From Candidatus Woesearchaeota archaeon (lineage in GTDB: Archaea > Nanobdellota > Nanobdellia > Pacearchaeales > GW2011-AR1), in the NCBI GenBank assembly GCA_964494915.1, contig CAZBTP010000001.1, positions 6,792 to 70,791 on the forward strand: a stretch of 64,000 nucleotides of DNA, given 5' to 3'. This document shows positions 9,601-17,735 of the stretch, in pieces. Positions within the stretch are counted from its first letter, which is position 1, and every line of letters starts with the position of its first letter. The position numbers and the translations under genes were made by a program. The notes under the pieces were generated by a model that saw only the letters and a program-made list of their open reading frames with translations, did no database searches and was not told the origin of the DNA.

Positions 9601-10361
9601 TTAGATACCCAGTAAGTATACTCTTTCGTTGGTTCCAAAACAAATCCTCCTTGTTGAATATACGTACCGTCTTTCACATGCCAAAATGTTCTCTCGCCAC
9701 CAGTTGGAACAACAACACTTGTTGTAGAAGAACTTACATAGCTGTCCCAGTAATCAGTTGGATAGGTTCCATATAAGCCGGGAGCAACAGCAATCCAATA
9801 TCTTCCACCTGAGGGAGCACCACCACCGCTCCACGAAATCGTTGCTTTTGAAACATCATTTTCACAAAACGTAAGCACCGTTGGAGTCACGCGGCAACCT
9901 GAGGCAATAAACTGTATTATTTGAGAGTTCGCCCCATTTGAGATCCATACACTATAAGTACTTCCACTTTGCAAGGTAAACCCACTTTGTTCAAAATATG
10001 TTCCGGAACTTGCATGCCAGAATGCTCTATCGCCACCAGTTGGAACAACAACACTTGTCGTAGAAGAACTTACATAGCTGTCCCAGTAATCAGTTGGATG
10101 AGTTGCATGTACACCAGGAGCAACAGCAATCCAATATCTTCCACCTGAGGGAGCACTACCACCGCTCCACGAAATCGTTGCTTTTGAAACATCATTTTCA
10201 CAGTAAACGCGTACTCCGATTTGATTTATAGGTTCCGGACTCAATTGCGGACGCTTAAAACCAAACCATTCAAGAATATCATCGCCAAGCCCAGCAGAAA
10301 CAAAGGGAATACCTAATAGTAAAACAATAACAAATCCAAAATAGATTGTAGTTCTCATCAT
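6663..10361 (-). CDS. giant secreted modular protein paralog with six W/Y-rich repeat modules, no HExxH domain, a triplicated small Cys motif, an FN3-like segment and the shared Cys-rich C-terminal domain
   Basis: Signal peptide and first 40 aa nearly identical to gene 3104-6319, as are the 5'-end nucleotides 10270-10361 versus 6228-6319. Same module consensus and C-terminal GYTCNDPAGRVFPTRPG...CRRCFNFWLFDYPFGCQK. Confidence 0.7.
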   Translation of the reverse strand: MMRTTIYFGFVIVLLLGIPFVSAGLGDDILEWFGFKRPQLSPEPINQIGVRVYCENDVSKATISWSGGSAPSGGRYWIAVAPGVHATHPTDYWDSYVSSSTTSVVVPTGGDRAFWHASSGTYFEQSGFTLQSGSTYSVWISNGANSQIIQFIASGCRVTPTVLTFCENDVSKATISWSGGGAPSGGRYWIAVAPGLYGTYPTDYWDSYVSSSTTSVVVPTGGERTFWHVKDGTYIQQGGFVLEPTKEYTYWVSNGVNSGRTHFRALICTQQLTPQPTPTPTTTATPPQIAPVNPPSLTPFCDGNVAKATISWSGGGAPSGGRYWIAVAPGLYGTYPTDYWDSYVSSSTTSVVVPTGGERTFWHVKDGTYIQQGGFVLEPTKEYTYWVSNGVNSGRTHFRALICTQQLTPQPTPTPTTTATPPQIAPVNPPSLTPFCDGNVAKATISWSGGAAPSTGRYWIAVAPGSYTTEYPTDYWDTYVSSSTTSVVAPSGGERTFWHAKDGTYIGQSGLVLEGNKAYSFWVSNGVNSRMTSITTPICTQQPTQPTPTQNTPSVTPVNKPSVSLLCENGVSKATISWSGGAAPSTGRYWIAIAPGSHTTYPTDYWDTYVSSSTTSVVAPSGGERTFWHASSGTYIGQSGFTLQEGGAYSVWISNGVNSLLQTFTAMSCADIVSGRTGGEQGGEGTLPIVLNGYMISGALKDEVISYLQDKDPGMASNLETKFNARNIDVEFQISLLDYLYGVRGLLNTPRNAELGEKVLKELIVDDATLSSDLGSSAVQRVRELSNSMADTLQSRLSSGRIDAAFQETLVDFLFEKPGGFFGSQRDPGLARNIFRELKANGITTPPLTVSIGIVEGAYFQYDTCGGDDVTSWFDDANGRRINHCVRKSVGSPGKEYVTHVYFRDSAEGCGIVGDRVGSWFLDGKGAVVYQCVRKSSFSENTVFLTNVYVQYNGCGSDSVIGSFEDRNGRVIYYCISPPRDVQSPTPGTTTPTPTQFEISLAGFCSGTRVDLSWASINSVSGYNVVENNQVVKFVEQPSDVVIGQTLLSTSFEASVRSHTYYIDGGDEGLDANSNSVSVTCSGAEGSTTPPAPAVVDAGQLGYTCNDPAGRVFPTRPGRSNKDMILNPLSYDLIKKEKNTVTGNQGVGDFEVSDLCSPSGYDLQVPYCVGNALKYEILKCPENHICINDKNLGFWVGACRRCFNFWLFDYPFGCQKVLSGYSKYLEDVKRNL
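9016..9825. repeat. perfect 405-bp (135-codon) tandem duplication, two copies, inside gene 6663-10361
   Basis: About 433 nt starting caccgctccacgaaatcgttgcttttgcaacg is identical at 9013-9445 and 9418-9850. The encoded module LTPFCDGNVAKATISW...QIAPVNPPS appears twice verbatim. Confidence 0.9.
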
Positions 10362-10575
10362 CCCCTTTTCGTATCTACTAATCTCCTTCTTCCTTTATAT
10401 ACTTTATTGTCTATTCAGTTGTTCCGATGTGCAAATTGGACAGAAGAAGAGAAAAAGAAAATCCGAGATAATTTACTGAAATATTGTGAGTGTGATACTT
10501 TGGCAGAGGTTATGATTGTTGAGAGGTTGGGGAGATTGTTAATGAGTGAGTAACCATCTCTGAGGAACTAAGTCT

Positions 10576-10983
10576 CTAGCTATTTTTCAATTCCTCGACA
10601 ATTTTTTTGCATTTTTCTATTGCTTGTTTTGCGGTTTCATAATCCATCCTGTTTCCGTAATAAGTAAGGGAGTTTCTTTTATACCTTAAGTCATCAATTA
10701 ATATATACAAATCCTCTCTTTTTAGAACATCCCTTAAATAATAACCTAAGCAAATATGGTTTAATATGTTGAATCCTTTTTTGAAAGCCATTGCCTGCAA
10801 TAATTCAAGCAATGAAGTATAATAATCTTCAAATATAAAATTGCAGTTTTTTTCATTCACTTCTTTAATTAAGTTCATTCTTTCGCTTGCAGTCTCTTGT
10901 AAAGATTCTGCTCTTTTTAGGTCAGGAGTTATAGTTTTAGCTGATTTATTGATTAAGCAATCATCCCAGTTTGCTTCTTTCAT
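10576..10983 (-). CDS. HEPN-domain protein (partner of the adjacent minimal nucleotidyltransferase)
   Basis: 135-aa helical protein overlapping by 4 nt (ATGA) with the upstream MNT gene. R-x(4-6)-H-like region LRYKRNSLTYYG. Typical MNT-HEPN pair arrangement. Confidence 0.55.
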   Translation of the reverse strand: MKEANWDDCLINKSAKTITPDLKRAESLQETASERMNLIKEVNEKNCNFIFEDYYTSLLELLQAMAFKKGFNILNHICLGYYLRDVLKREDLYILIDDLRYKRNSLTYYGNRMDYETAKQAIEKCKKIVEELKNS

Positions 10984-11513
10984 CTAAAAACCTCCACAAA
11001 TCCATTTAATAAAAAGCCGTTTATAACATTATTTGCTAAATGAGGATTTGATAATTCATTAAGATTTTTATGCTGGAATACTTGTATTCTTCTTTTAAGT
11101 AATTTTTCAAATTTTTCAAAAATTACTTTTCTCTTTGAAGGGGTTTCTATATATAAGTCAATATCGCTTTCTTCTGTGTCTTCTCCTTTTGCAAAAGAAC
11201 CGAAAAGAACAATTGCGGGGTTGCTTAATTCCTGTTTTAGATACTCTATAAGCCCTGATTCATATATCTTTTTTATATTGCAGAGCTTTTTTTCCAAGAG
11301 GTATTTTTCACTGCTCCTATTTGCTGTGTAGAAATTAACATTGCCTGTTTTAACTGCTGTTAAAATGCTTTCTTTTTCCAGTTCTTTGCAATATCTTATA
11401 ACAGAAGGAAGAGAAAGTTTAAGGGTTCTTTCTATCTCTCTTACCCTAAGTTTAGCATTAGGATTAACAAAGAAGTATTCACTGATTGTTTGCTTGATAT
11501 CTTTTCTTTTCAT
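10980..11513 (-). CDS. minimal nucleotidyltransferase (MNT) with N-terminal winged-helix domain
   Basis: GSFAKGEDTEESDIDLYIE matches GS-x(9-13)-DxD of the pol-beta NTase superfamily. N-terminal wHTH-like LSLPSVIRYCKELEKESIL. Confidence 0.7.
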   Translation of the reverse strand: MKRKDIKQTISEYFFVNPNAKLRVREIERTLKLSLPSVIRYCKELEKESILTAVKTGNVNFYTANRSSEKYLLEKKLCNIKKIYESGLIEYLKQELSNPAIVLFGSFAKGEDTEESDIDLYIETPSKRKVIFEKFEKLLKRRIQVFQHKNLNELSNPHLANNVINGFLLNGFVEVFR

Positions 11514-11662
11514 TTGATAATATAAAGTATCAACTGATATTTAAAGTTATCGACTTTGTGTAATTACTTACCTTTCTGAAGTAAATCTGACATAAAACTC
11601 ATAGGATTATTTGATTGCAGTTTTGGAGTGAACCCCTAAAATTGGACACATAGTTAAGCTAA

Positions 11663-12403
11663 CTAATCCAGAACCTTTTCATTAATACCCTTCCACTCAC
11701 GAAAGGCTTTTTCATACCGCTCCCAGGTATCCGTTGGAAACCATTGTCCTTGAAACAAGAAACCCGCGAGCTGCCCCCGCGAGGCAAGAATCGGCCAAAT
11801 CTCTCGCTCAATCGAAACAGCCCTCTCTTCAGGAATCAGATCAATAACAGAAGGTTCTAGGACATACAATCCAGAGCTAATCAATTTGCTCGGTGCTTCA
11901 TGCGCGAGCGGCTTTTCCACAAATCTTTTTATTTTATTATCCTCAAGATCTGCAACCCCATAGCCTGTAATATCCTCAAGCTCCTTCAACGCAATCGTTG
12001 CCAACACGCCTTGTTGCGCATGAAAATCATGGAAGACATCAAGGTTAACATCCTTTAACTCATCGCCATTACACATATAAAACCTTTCTTTTAATAAGCC
12101 TCGAGCTAGCCGTAGTGCCCCTGCAGTTCCCATCGGCTGATTCTCAATAACATATCGTATCCGCACACCAAACCTTGAACCATCGCCAAAATACCGCATA
12201 AACTGCGACGCCTTATACCCGATCGCAAGAACAATCTCTTGAACATTGTGTCTCTTAAACAACTCAATCCCATGTTCCAGAATCGGCTTTCCATGAATTG
12301 GAATCATTAATTTTGCGACTTCATACGTTAACGGTCGTAACCGCGTTCCCAATCCTCCTGCAAGAATAAACGCCTTTGTTGGTGTTTCCATTACCACAAA
12401 CAA
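11663..12403 (-). CDS. sugar-1-phosphate nucleotidyltransferase (RmlA/GlmU-like NTP_transferase)
   Basis: FILAGGLGTRLRPLT G-rich loop. Probable true start at METPTK (about 12391). Confidence 0.85.
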   Translation of the reverse strand: MFVVMETPTKAFILAGGLGTRLRPLTYEVAKLMIPIHGKPILEHGIELFKRHNVQEIVLAIGYKASQFMRYFGDGSRFGVRIRYVIENQPMGTAGALRLARGLLKERFYMCNGDELKDVNLDVFHDFHAQQGVLATIALKELEDITGYGVADLEDNKIKRFVEKPLAHEAPSKLISSGLYVLEPSVIDLIPEERAVSIEREIWPILASRGQLAGFLFQGQWFPTDTWERYEKAFREWKGINEKVLD

Positions 12404-12445
12404 AAGTTAAGACATATAAACACTTTGCTTCTCAATTATATACGC

Positions 12446-13153
12446 TTAATACCTCCCACCAAGATAAACCTGTTTGATTTTTCGATGGCGAAGAATTCTC
12501 TTCCCAGATCCCTGAAGGACAATCGCTCCATCCTCAAGCACATACGTTCTATCAGCAATCTCAAGAGCCTTCTTCGCATTTTGTTCAACAATCAAAAGTG
12601 ACATATCAAACTGATCACGAAGTTTCGCAATGGTCTTAAATAATTCTGTCTGTATTTTAGGAGAAAGCCCAAGAGAAGGCTCATCAAGGAGAAGCAAAGA
12701 AGGTTGTTGCATCAATGCCCTCCCCAGTGAAAGCATCCGCCGCTCGCCCCCGCTCAACACATACGCAAACTCCTTCCGCCGCTCCTGCAGAAAAGGAAAT
12801 TGCGCATAAACAAGAGAAAAGCGTGCGTCTCGCTCTTTTAGCGTAAAACGAACACCAAGACCTAGATTCTCTTCAACACGAAGATTCTCAAAAATAACCC
12901 TCCCTTGATTAACATAGCAAAGACCTTTCTTTATGAGCTCATACGGCTTCAAACCAACAATGCTTGTTCCTTCAAATAAAATCTCTCCTTTACGAATCTC
13001 TACAAGATTAAAAATAGACCTCAACAATGTACTCTTCCCAGCTCCATTTGGTCCAATAAGCGCAACAATCTCATTCTTCTCAACCTTGAGTGTTATTCCC
13101 TTCAAAATATCTAATCCGTTATATCCTGAATAAAGTCCCTTAATCTCAAGCAT
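12446..13153 (-). CDS. livF: branched-chain amino acid ABC transporter ATP-binding protein LivF
   Basis: Walker A GPNGAGKSTLL, signature LSGGERRML, Walker B LLLDEP. Likely start at MLEIKGL, overlapping livG by 8 nt (track ORF extends to 13252). Confidence 0.85.
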   Translation of the reverse strand: MLEIKGLYSGYNGLDILKGITLKVEKNEIVALIGPNGAGKSTLLRSIFNLVEIRKGEILFEGTSIVGLKPYELIKKGLCYVNQGRVIFENLRVEENLGLGVRFTLKERDARFSLVYAQFPFLQERRKEFAYVLSGGERRMLSLGRALMQQPSLLLLDEPSLGLSPKIQTELFKTIAKLRDQFDMSLLIVEQNAKKALEIADRTYVLEDGAIVLQGSGKRILRHRKIKQVYLGGRY

Positions 13154-13910
13154 CACTCCCTCCCAAATATGCATCGAGAACCTTTTTGTTCCTTCGAATC
13201 TCTCGAGGCTTCCCTTGAGCAATAACCTCCCCATGATCCAATACATAGACATAATCTGCCAAGTCCATTACAAAATTCATATCATGTTCAATAAGCAAAA
13301 TACTTTCTCCTTCTCTCTTTAATTGAACAAGAATATCTCGTATCTTTCCCCGTACTTCAGGGTGAACACCTGCAACAGGTTCATCAAGGAGTAAAAATGA
13401 ATGTTTTCTCGTAAGTGCCATCGCGAGATCAAGTAATTTTCGCTGCCCAAAACTCAGCGTAGAAGGCAAAGCATCAAGATCAACGTATAAACCAACGCGC
13501 CGAAGAATCTTCAGGATCCTTTCGTCATCGAAAGCGCGCGGAACAAATAATCCCCGTAATAATCGTTCATAATCCTCTGACAATGCAAGCTCAAGGTGCT
13601 CTCGGACACTCAAGCTCTGAAACAGCCTTACTTCTTGAAATGTCCGTGATATACCGCGTCGTGCAACCGCATAATCCTCGAACCCTTCAAAATGCGCTCC
13701 ATCATAAACAATCGAGCCACTATCCTCCACTTCAATCCGTGAAATCACATTAAAGAGCGTTGTCTTCCCGCTTCCATTTGGCCCAATCAACGCAATAATC
13801 TTTTTCTTCTGAACCGTTAAGGTACACGAATCAAGCGCATGAACGCCTCCAAAGCTCTTCACGATTCTCTCTACTTTAATCATGTAAATCAACTCCCCCG
13901 TACAAACCAC
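13146..13910 (-). CDS. livG: branched-chain amino acid ABC transporter ATP-binding protein LivG
   Basis: GPNGSGKTTLFN, LSFGQRKLLDLA, LLLDEP. Start possibly at MIKVERI (about 13883). Confidence 0.85.
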   Translation of the reverse strand: MVCTGELIYMIKVERIVKSFGGVHALDSCTLTVQKKKIIALIGPNGSGKTTLFNVISRIEVEDSGSIVYDGAHFEGFEDYAVARRGISRTFQEVRLFQSLSVREHLELALSEDYERLLRGLFVPRAFDDERILKILRRVGLYVDLDALPSTLSFGQRKLLDLAMALTRKHSFLLLDEPVAGVHPEVRGKIRDILVQLKREGESILLIEHDMNFVMDLADYVYVLDHGEVIAQGKPREIRRNKKVLDAYLGGSDA

Positions 13911-14751
13911 GTGGACGTTTCATCAAAATAAAAAGCAACACGAGCCCATAAAGAATCTGTCTTCCTGGCCCAATAATACTGCTCGGTAATGGAACAAATC
14001 GCATGAGCTCTGCCAAGAGAATAATAACAAACGTTGCGAGAATCGACCCCTTGAACGAAGCAAGACCCCCAACAATCACAATACTAAGAATAAGGATAAG
14101 CTCATGAATAGAAAAAATGTTTGGATCAATATAGCCAAGGTAATGAGCCAATAAACTCCCTGCAATACCAACAAAAAAAGCAGAAATGCCCATCGTAATG
14201 TACTTTAATCGTTTTGTATTAACACCGAACATTCTGAGTCCAACTTCATCATCACGCATTGCAGCTAAGAGCGTTCCAAACCCAGAGCGAACAATTCGGA
14301 AGAGCACAAATAAGGAAACAAGAGCAATACCAGACACAAAAAGAAGATACAGGAGGTTCTCTTCGAGAACAAAACCAAAAAACGCAGATCGTGGTATGCC
14401 TGGAATCCCAAGAGGCCCGCGGGTTATCCCAACGAGATTTAAGAGTAAAGAATGAATCACAAACGCAAACCCAAGGGATGCGAGCGCATAGTAATCCCCT
14501 CGCAGCTTCTTTGTAGCGAACACCAAAAAAAAACCAAAAAAACTCGCAAGAAGTCCTGCCGCAAGAAACGCAACAAAAAAAGGAACACCGCGCAACACAA
14601 GCAATGTCGAAGTATACGCACCAACCCCAAAGAGCGCAACATGTCCAAGATTCAGCAATCCAGAATAACCAAGAGCAAGATTAAGACTCGTAATAACAAT
14701 AAGATAAATCCCAATCAGGATGAGAATATGAACAAGATAAGGTACGATCAT
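13876..14751 (-). CDS. livM: branched-chain amino acid ABC transporter permease LivM
   Basis: Polytopic membrane protein in the livFGMH order. 4-nt overlap with the upstream permease. Confidence 0.8.
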   Translation of the reverse strand: MIVPYLVHILILIGIYLIVITSLNLALGYSGLLNLGHVALFGVGAYTSTLLVLRGVPFFVAFLAAGLLASFFGFFLVFATKKLRGDYYALASLGFAFVIHSLLLNLVGITRGPLGIPGIPRSAFFGFVLEENLLYLLFVSGIALVSLFVLFRIVRSGFGTLLAAMRDDEVGLRMFGVNTKRLKYITMGISAFFVGIAGSLLAHYLGYIDPNIFSIHELILILSIVIVGGLASFKGSILATFVIILLAELMRFVPLPSSIIGPGRQILYGLVLLFILMKRPRGLYGGVDLHD

Positions 14752-15626
14752 GATATCCTCCGTTTTATACGAACAATCCCTTCAGGTTTAAACAAGAGAA
14801 ATAAAAACAAAAGAACAAACGAAATCGCATCTTTATATCCAGAGGGTAAAAATAAAATACCAATATTCTCAGCTAACCCAAGAAGGTATGATCCGAAAAC
14901 AGAGGCAGGAACAGAGCCGATACCACCGATAATTGCGCCGCTGAAACCCTTAATAATCAACTGCGTCCCACCATACGGCGTTATGTTCTGTTCAAGTGCA
15001 ATAAAAATACCTGCAACACCTGCGAGAAAAGAACCGATAAAAAACGAAAGACCAGAGACCCTTGTACTATGAATACCGACAAGAGAGGCAAGTTCTTTAT
15101 TATGAGAAACAGCCCGCATCTCTCTCCCAAAAGACGTTTTCTGCATAAACAGAAAGAGAAGAACGAAAAGAATGAGTGAAGAAAAGAAGAGAGTAAGTTG
15201 AAAAGGAGTTGCCTGAACACCGAGGAAACTAACTCCTTCCTTGATTTCAATATACCCAACGTCCTTGACACTTGCCCCGTATATAAGTAACATTATATTC
15301 TGAAACAAAACAAGAAGAGAGAGCGACACAATAAGAAGAATAACACGACTCGCCTTCCTCTTTTCGAATGGATAGTAAATAAATACATACATAAAAAAAC
15401 CAAGAAAGCTCGCATAGAACACTGCTAACAACACAGAAAAAACAAAATGAAAACCAACAACATGAAAGAACGTATAGACAAGATAGCCTGCAAAAACAAC
15501 AATACCACCATGAGCAAAATGCATGAAACGATTCGTCATACTAATCAAGGTAAATCCTGAAGCAACGAGAGCGTAAATCGATCCTGCAATAAGTCCATTA
15601 ACAACAAGCTGTAAAATCAAAGACAT
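14748..15626 (-). CDS. livH: branched-chain amino acid ABC transporter permease LivH
   Basis: Polytopic membrane protein of the LivH/BPD_transp_2 type in the operon. Confidence 0.8.
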   Translation of the reverse strand: MSLILQLVVNGLIAGSIYALVASGFTLISMTNRFMHFAHGGIVVFAGYLVYTFFHVVGFHFVFSVLLAVFYASFLGFFMYVFIYYPFEKRKASRVILLIVSLSLLVLFQNIMLLIYGASVKDVGYIEIKEGVSFLGVQATPFQLTLFFSSLILFVLLFLFMQKTSFGREMRAVSHNKELASLVGIHSTRVSGLSFFIGSFLAGVAGIFIALEQNITPYGGTQLIIKGFSGAIIGGIGSVPASVFGSYLLGLAENIGILFLPSGYKDAISFVLLFLFLLFKPEGIVRIKRRIS

Positions 15627-15644
15627 ATCCGTTGTACTCTCAAC

Positions 15645-16835
15645 CTACTCAACTAACACAAACGTGTTGTTTTGGAGCCGGTAAACCTCATAAGTCCCCG
15701 AGACATCTCCCTGTTCATCAAAATCAATTGACCCTGAAGCACCATCAAACTGGAGCGTCGTAAGCTGCTTCTGTATATCAGGTCCTGTTTTTGCATCACT
15801 CTTTATTGCGCGAGCGAGCGCATCGAAAGCATCATATGCCTGTGGCGCAAAAGGTTGTACCTCCAACCCATGTTCACGCATATATGCGTCTGCAAAACTC
15901 TTTGTCCCTGCCGATACTGAGGTAATCGTAAGTCCCTGTGCTGCCTTAAGTGCTGCAATTTCAGGTCCTTTTAACCCCTCAGACCCAAATACCCGCGTTT
16001 TTATCCCCATCTGTTTAAGCTGTTTAAGAAGAGCAACAGACGAATCCGGAGAATTACTAATAATATAAATCGCATCAGGCTTCGCAGCACGGATCTTTGC
16101 CAACTGCGTTCGTAAATCAACAACACCGCGCTCAAATGTTTCTTCTGCAACAACCTGCCCTCCGAGAAGCTCAAAATTCTCCCTGAGAACATTCTTAAAT
16201 CCTATACCATACTCTTCATTACTAAAGAGAATAGATAAATTTCGAAAACCTTCGCTAAAAACAAGCGCTGCACCAAACTTCCCTTGAAAACTATCACTAG
16301 GAATTGTCCGGAAAATATACTCGCCAGCTTTCGTTATCTCAGGACTTGTTGAACTTGCAGAGATCATCACCACCTTATTTTGTTCTGCAATAGGTGCTGC
16401 AGCAAGAGTAGCACCCGAACAAACCTCTCCAACAATGGCAACAACGCCGTCAACATCAATTAATTTACGGACCGCGCTTACAGCCTCTTTACCATCACAC
16501 TTTGTATCTTCATAAATAATCTCGACATTCTCTACACCAGAATCCTTAAGCGCAAGCGCTACTCCTCGCTTAATCGCATGCCCGTAACTTGCAGCATCCC
16601 CTGTTAATGGTCCCATAAACCCCACCTTGATAACATTCTGCGTGTTCTTACCTTCTCCAAAGAGAGAGCCTCCGGTTATTGTCCCATAGGCATACACAAG
16701 AACAACAATAGCAACAATAGCAATACCAACAATAAATGCCGAGGTATTCGTGTTTTGGCGAGAGTCACTCTCTTTTTCCTTTTTTTCAGGGGTGCTCTCC
16801 TCGCTTTCTTTAGGCTTTTCCTTCTTTTCAGCCAT
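15645..16835 (-). CDS. ABC transporter substrate-binding protein (LivJ/K-like, type I PBP), membrane-anchored
   Basis: N-terminal charged segment then TM FIVGIAIVAIVVLVYAY, followed by a Leu/Ile/Val-binding-protein-like periplasmic domain. Confidence 0.8.
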   Translation of the reverse strand: MAEKKEKPKESEESTPEKKEKESDSRQNTNTSAFIVGIAIVAIVVLVYAYGTITGGSLFGEGKNTQNVIKVGFMGPLTGDAASYGHAIKRGVALALKDSGVENVEIIYEDTKCDGKEAVSAVRKLIDVDGVVAIVGEVCSGATLAAAPIAEQNKVVMISASSTSPEITKAGEYIFRTIPSDSFQGKFGAALVFSEGFRNLSILFSNEEYGIGFKNVLRENFELLGGQVVAEETFERGVVDLRTQLAKIRAAKPDAIYIISNSPDSSVALLKQLKQMGIKTRVFGSEGLKGPEIAALKAAQGLTITSVSAGTKSFADAYMREHGLEVQPFAPQAYDAFDALARAIKSDAKTGPDIQKQLTTLQFDGASGSIDFDEQGDVSGTYEVYRLQNNTFVLVE

Positions 16836-16888
16836 GCTAACTCACCGAAACACCTCTATATAAAGTTTTATTTATTAGCATATACACA

Positions 16889-17695
16889 TTACGAAGACAG
16901 GAAATCATACAAGAAAATACCGCCAACGAAGAACGCAAGAATACCAACATACACACCAAACCACCAAAGGTTCTTTTTATCTTTCAAGAAATACCTTAGT
17001 AAAAGATGAATTGTTGCCATACCAACAATAAATGAAACCAGCGTAGCCCAAACATACTGGGGCGGTAAGGATCGTGTTCCAATAACAAGAACATTCGCTC
17101 CGAAAATAACAGGAATCGACATAAGAAAAGAAAAACGAAGCGCCTCCTTCTCCTTCAATCCGGCAAGCAAACCAGCAGCAATAGTCATTCCGCTTCGTGA
17201 TATGCCAGGAAAAAGAGCAAATACCTGCGCAATACCAACAATGAGCGCTTCACGATACCCAAAAACCCTCCTCTGAAATGGTTTCTGATCCTCAAAATCA
17301 CGAGAAGCTATAAACAAAACTAATGCGCTTACACCGAACCCTAACGCAACAACCCCCAGATGTTCAAACGCAAATTCAAAAACTGATCGAAAAAGAAAAC
17401 CAATAATCGCAGCAGGAATTGTTGCCACACCTACCAAAATCCCGAGTCGACCATACTCGCTTCCCAATCTTCCGTGCAATACATCACGAACAATACTAAC
17501 TATGTCGCGTCCATAATACACAAACACAGCCATCAGTGTCCCAAGGTGCACAACAACCTCGAACACAAAATCAGCATTATACCCTAATAACCACTCACCC
17601 ACAACCAAATGTCCAGAACTCGAAATCGGCAACCACTCACTAACGCCCTGCACAACAGCCAGGATCAATCCTGCAAGAAAATTATACTCAAGCAT
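16889..17695 (-). CDS. uppP: undecaprenyl-diphosphatase
   Basis: Signature VSEWLPISSSGH near the N-terminus. 268 aa polytopic. Confidence 0.9.
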   Translation of the reverse strand: MLEYNFLAGLILAVVQGVSEWLPISSSGHLVVGEWLLGYNADFVFEVVVHLGTLMAVFVYYGRDIVSIVRDVLHGRLGSEYGRLGILVGVATIPAAIIGFLFRSVFEFAFEHLGVVALGFGVSALVLFIASRDFEDQKPFQRRVFGYREALIVGIAQVFALFPGISRSGMTIAAGLLAGLKEKEALRFSFLMSIPVIFGANVLVIGTRSLPPQYVWATLVSFIVGMATIHLLLRYFLKDKKNLWWFGVYVGILAFFVGGIFLYDFLSS

Positions 17696-17735
17696 CTCAA
17701 AAAAGAAAACACAGACTTAATAAAAATTCCTATAC

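Noticed and set aside
9013-9850. Considered whether the perfect tandem repeats could be a CRISPR-like array or a satellite
   Set aside because: The unit is 405 nt and is in-frame coding sequence of a secreted protein. No short repeat/spacer periodicity is present, and no cas genes are nearby.
3104-10361. Considered a diversity-generating retroelement targeting the repeat modules
   Set aside because: No reverse transcriptase ORF and no template-repeat/variable-repeat pair with adenine-specific mismatches. Differences between modules are not A-biased.
14452-15072. 206-aa + strand ORF rich in Lys/Arg
   Set aside because: It is antisense to the LivM/LivH permease genes and its low-complexity basic composition is typical of antisense translation of hydrophobic genes.
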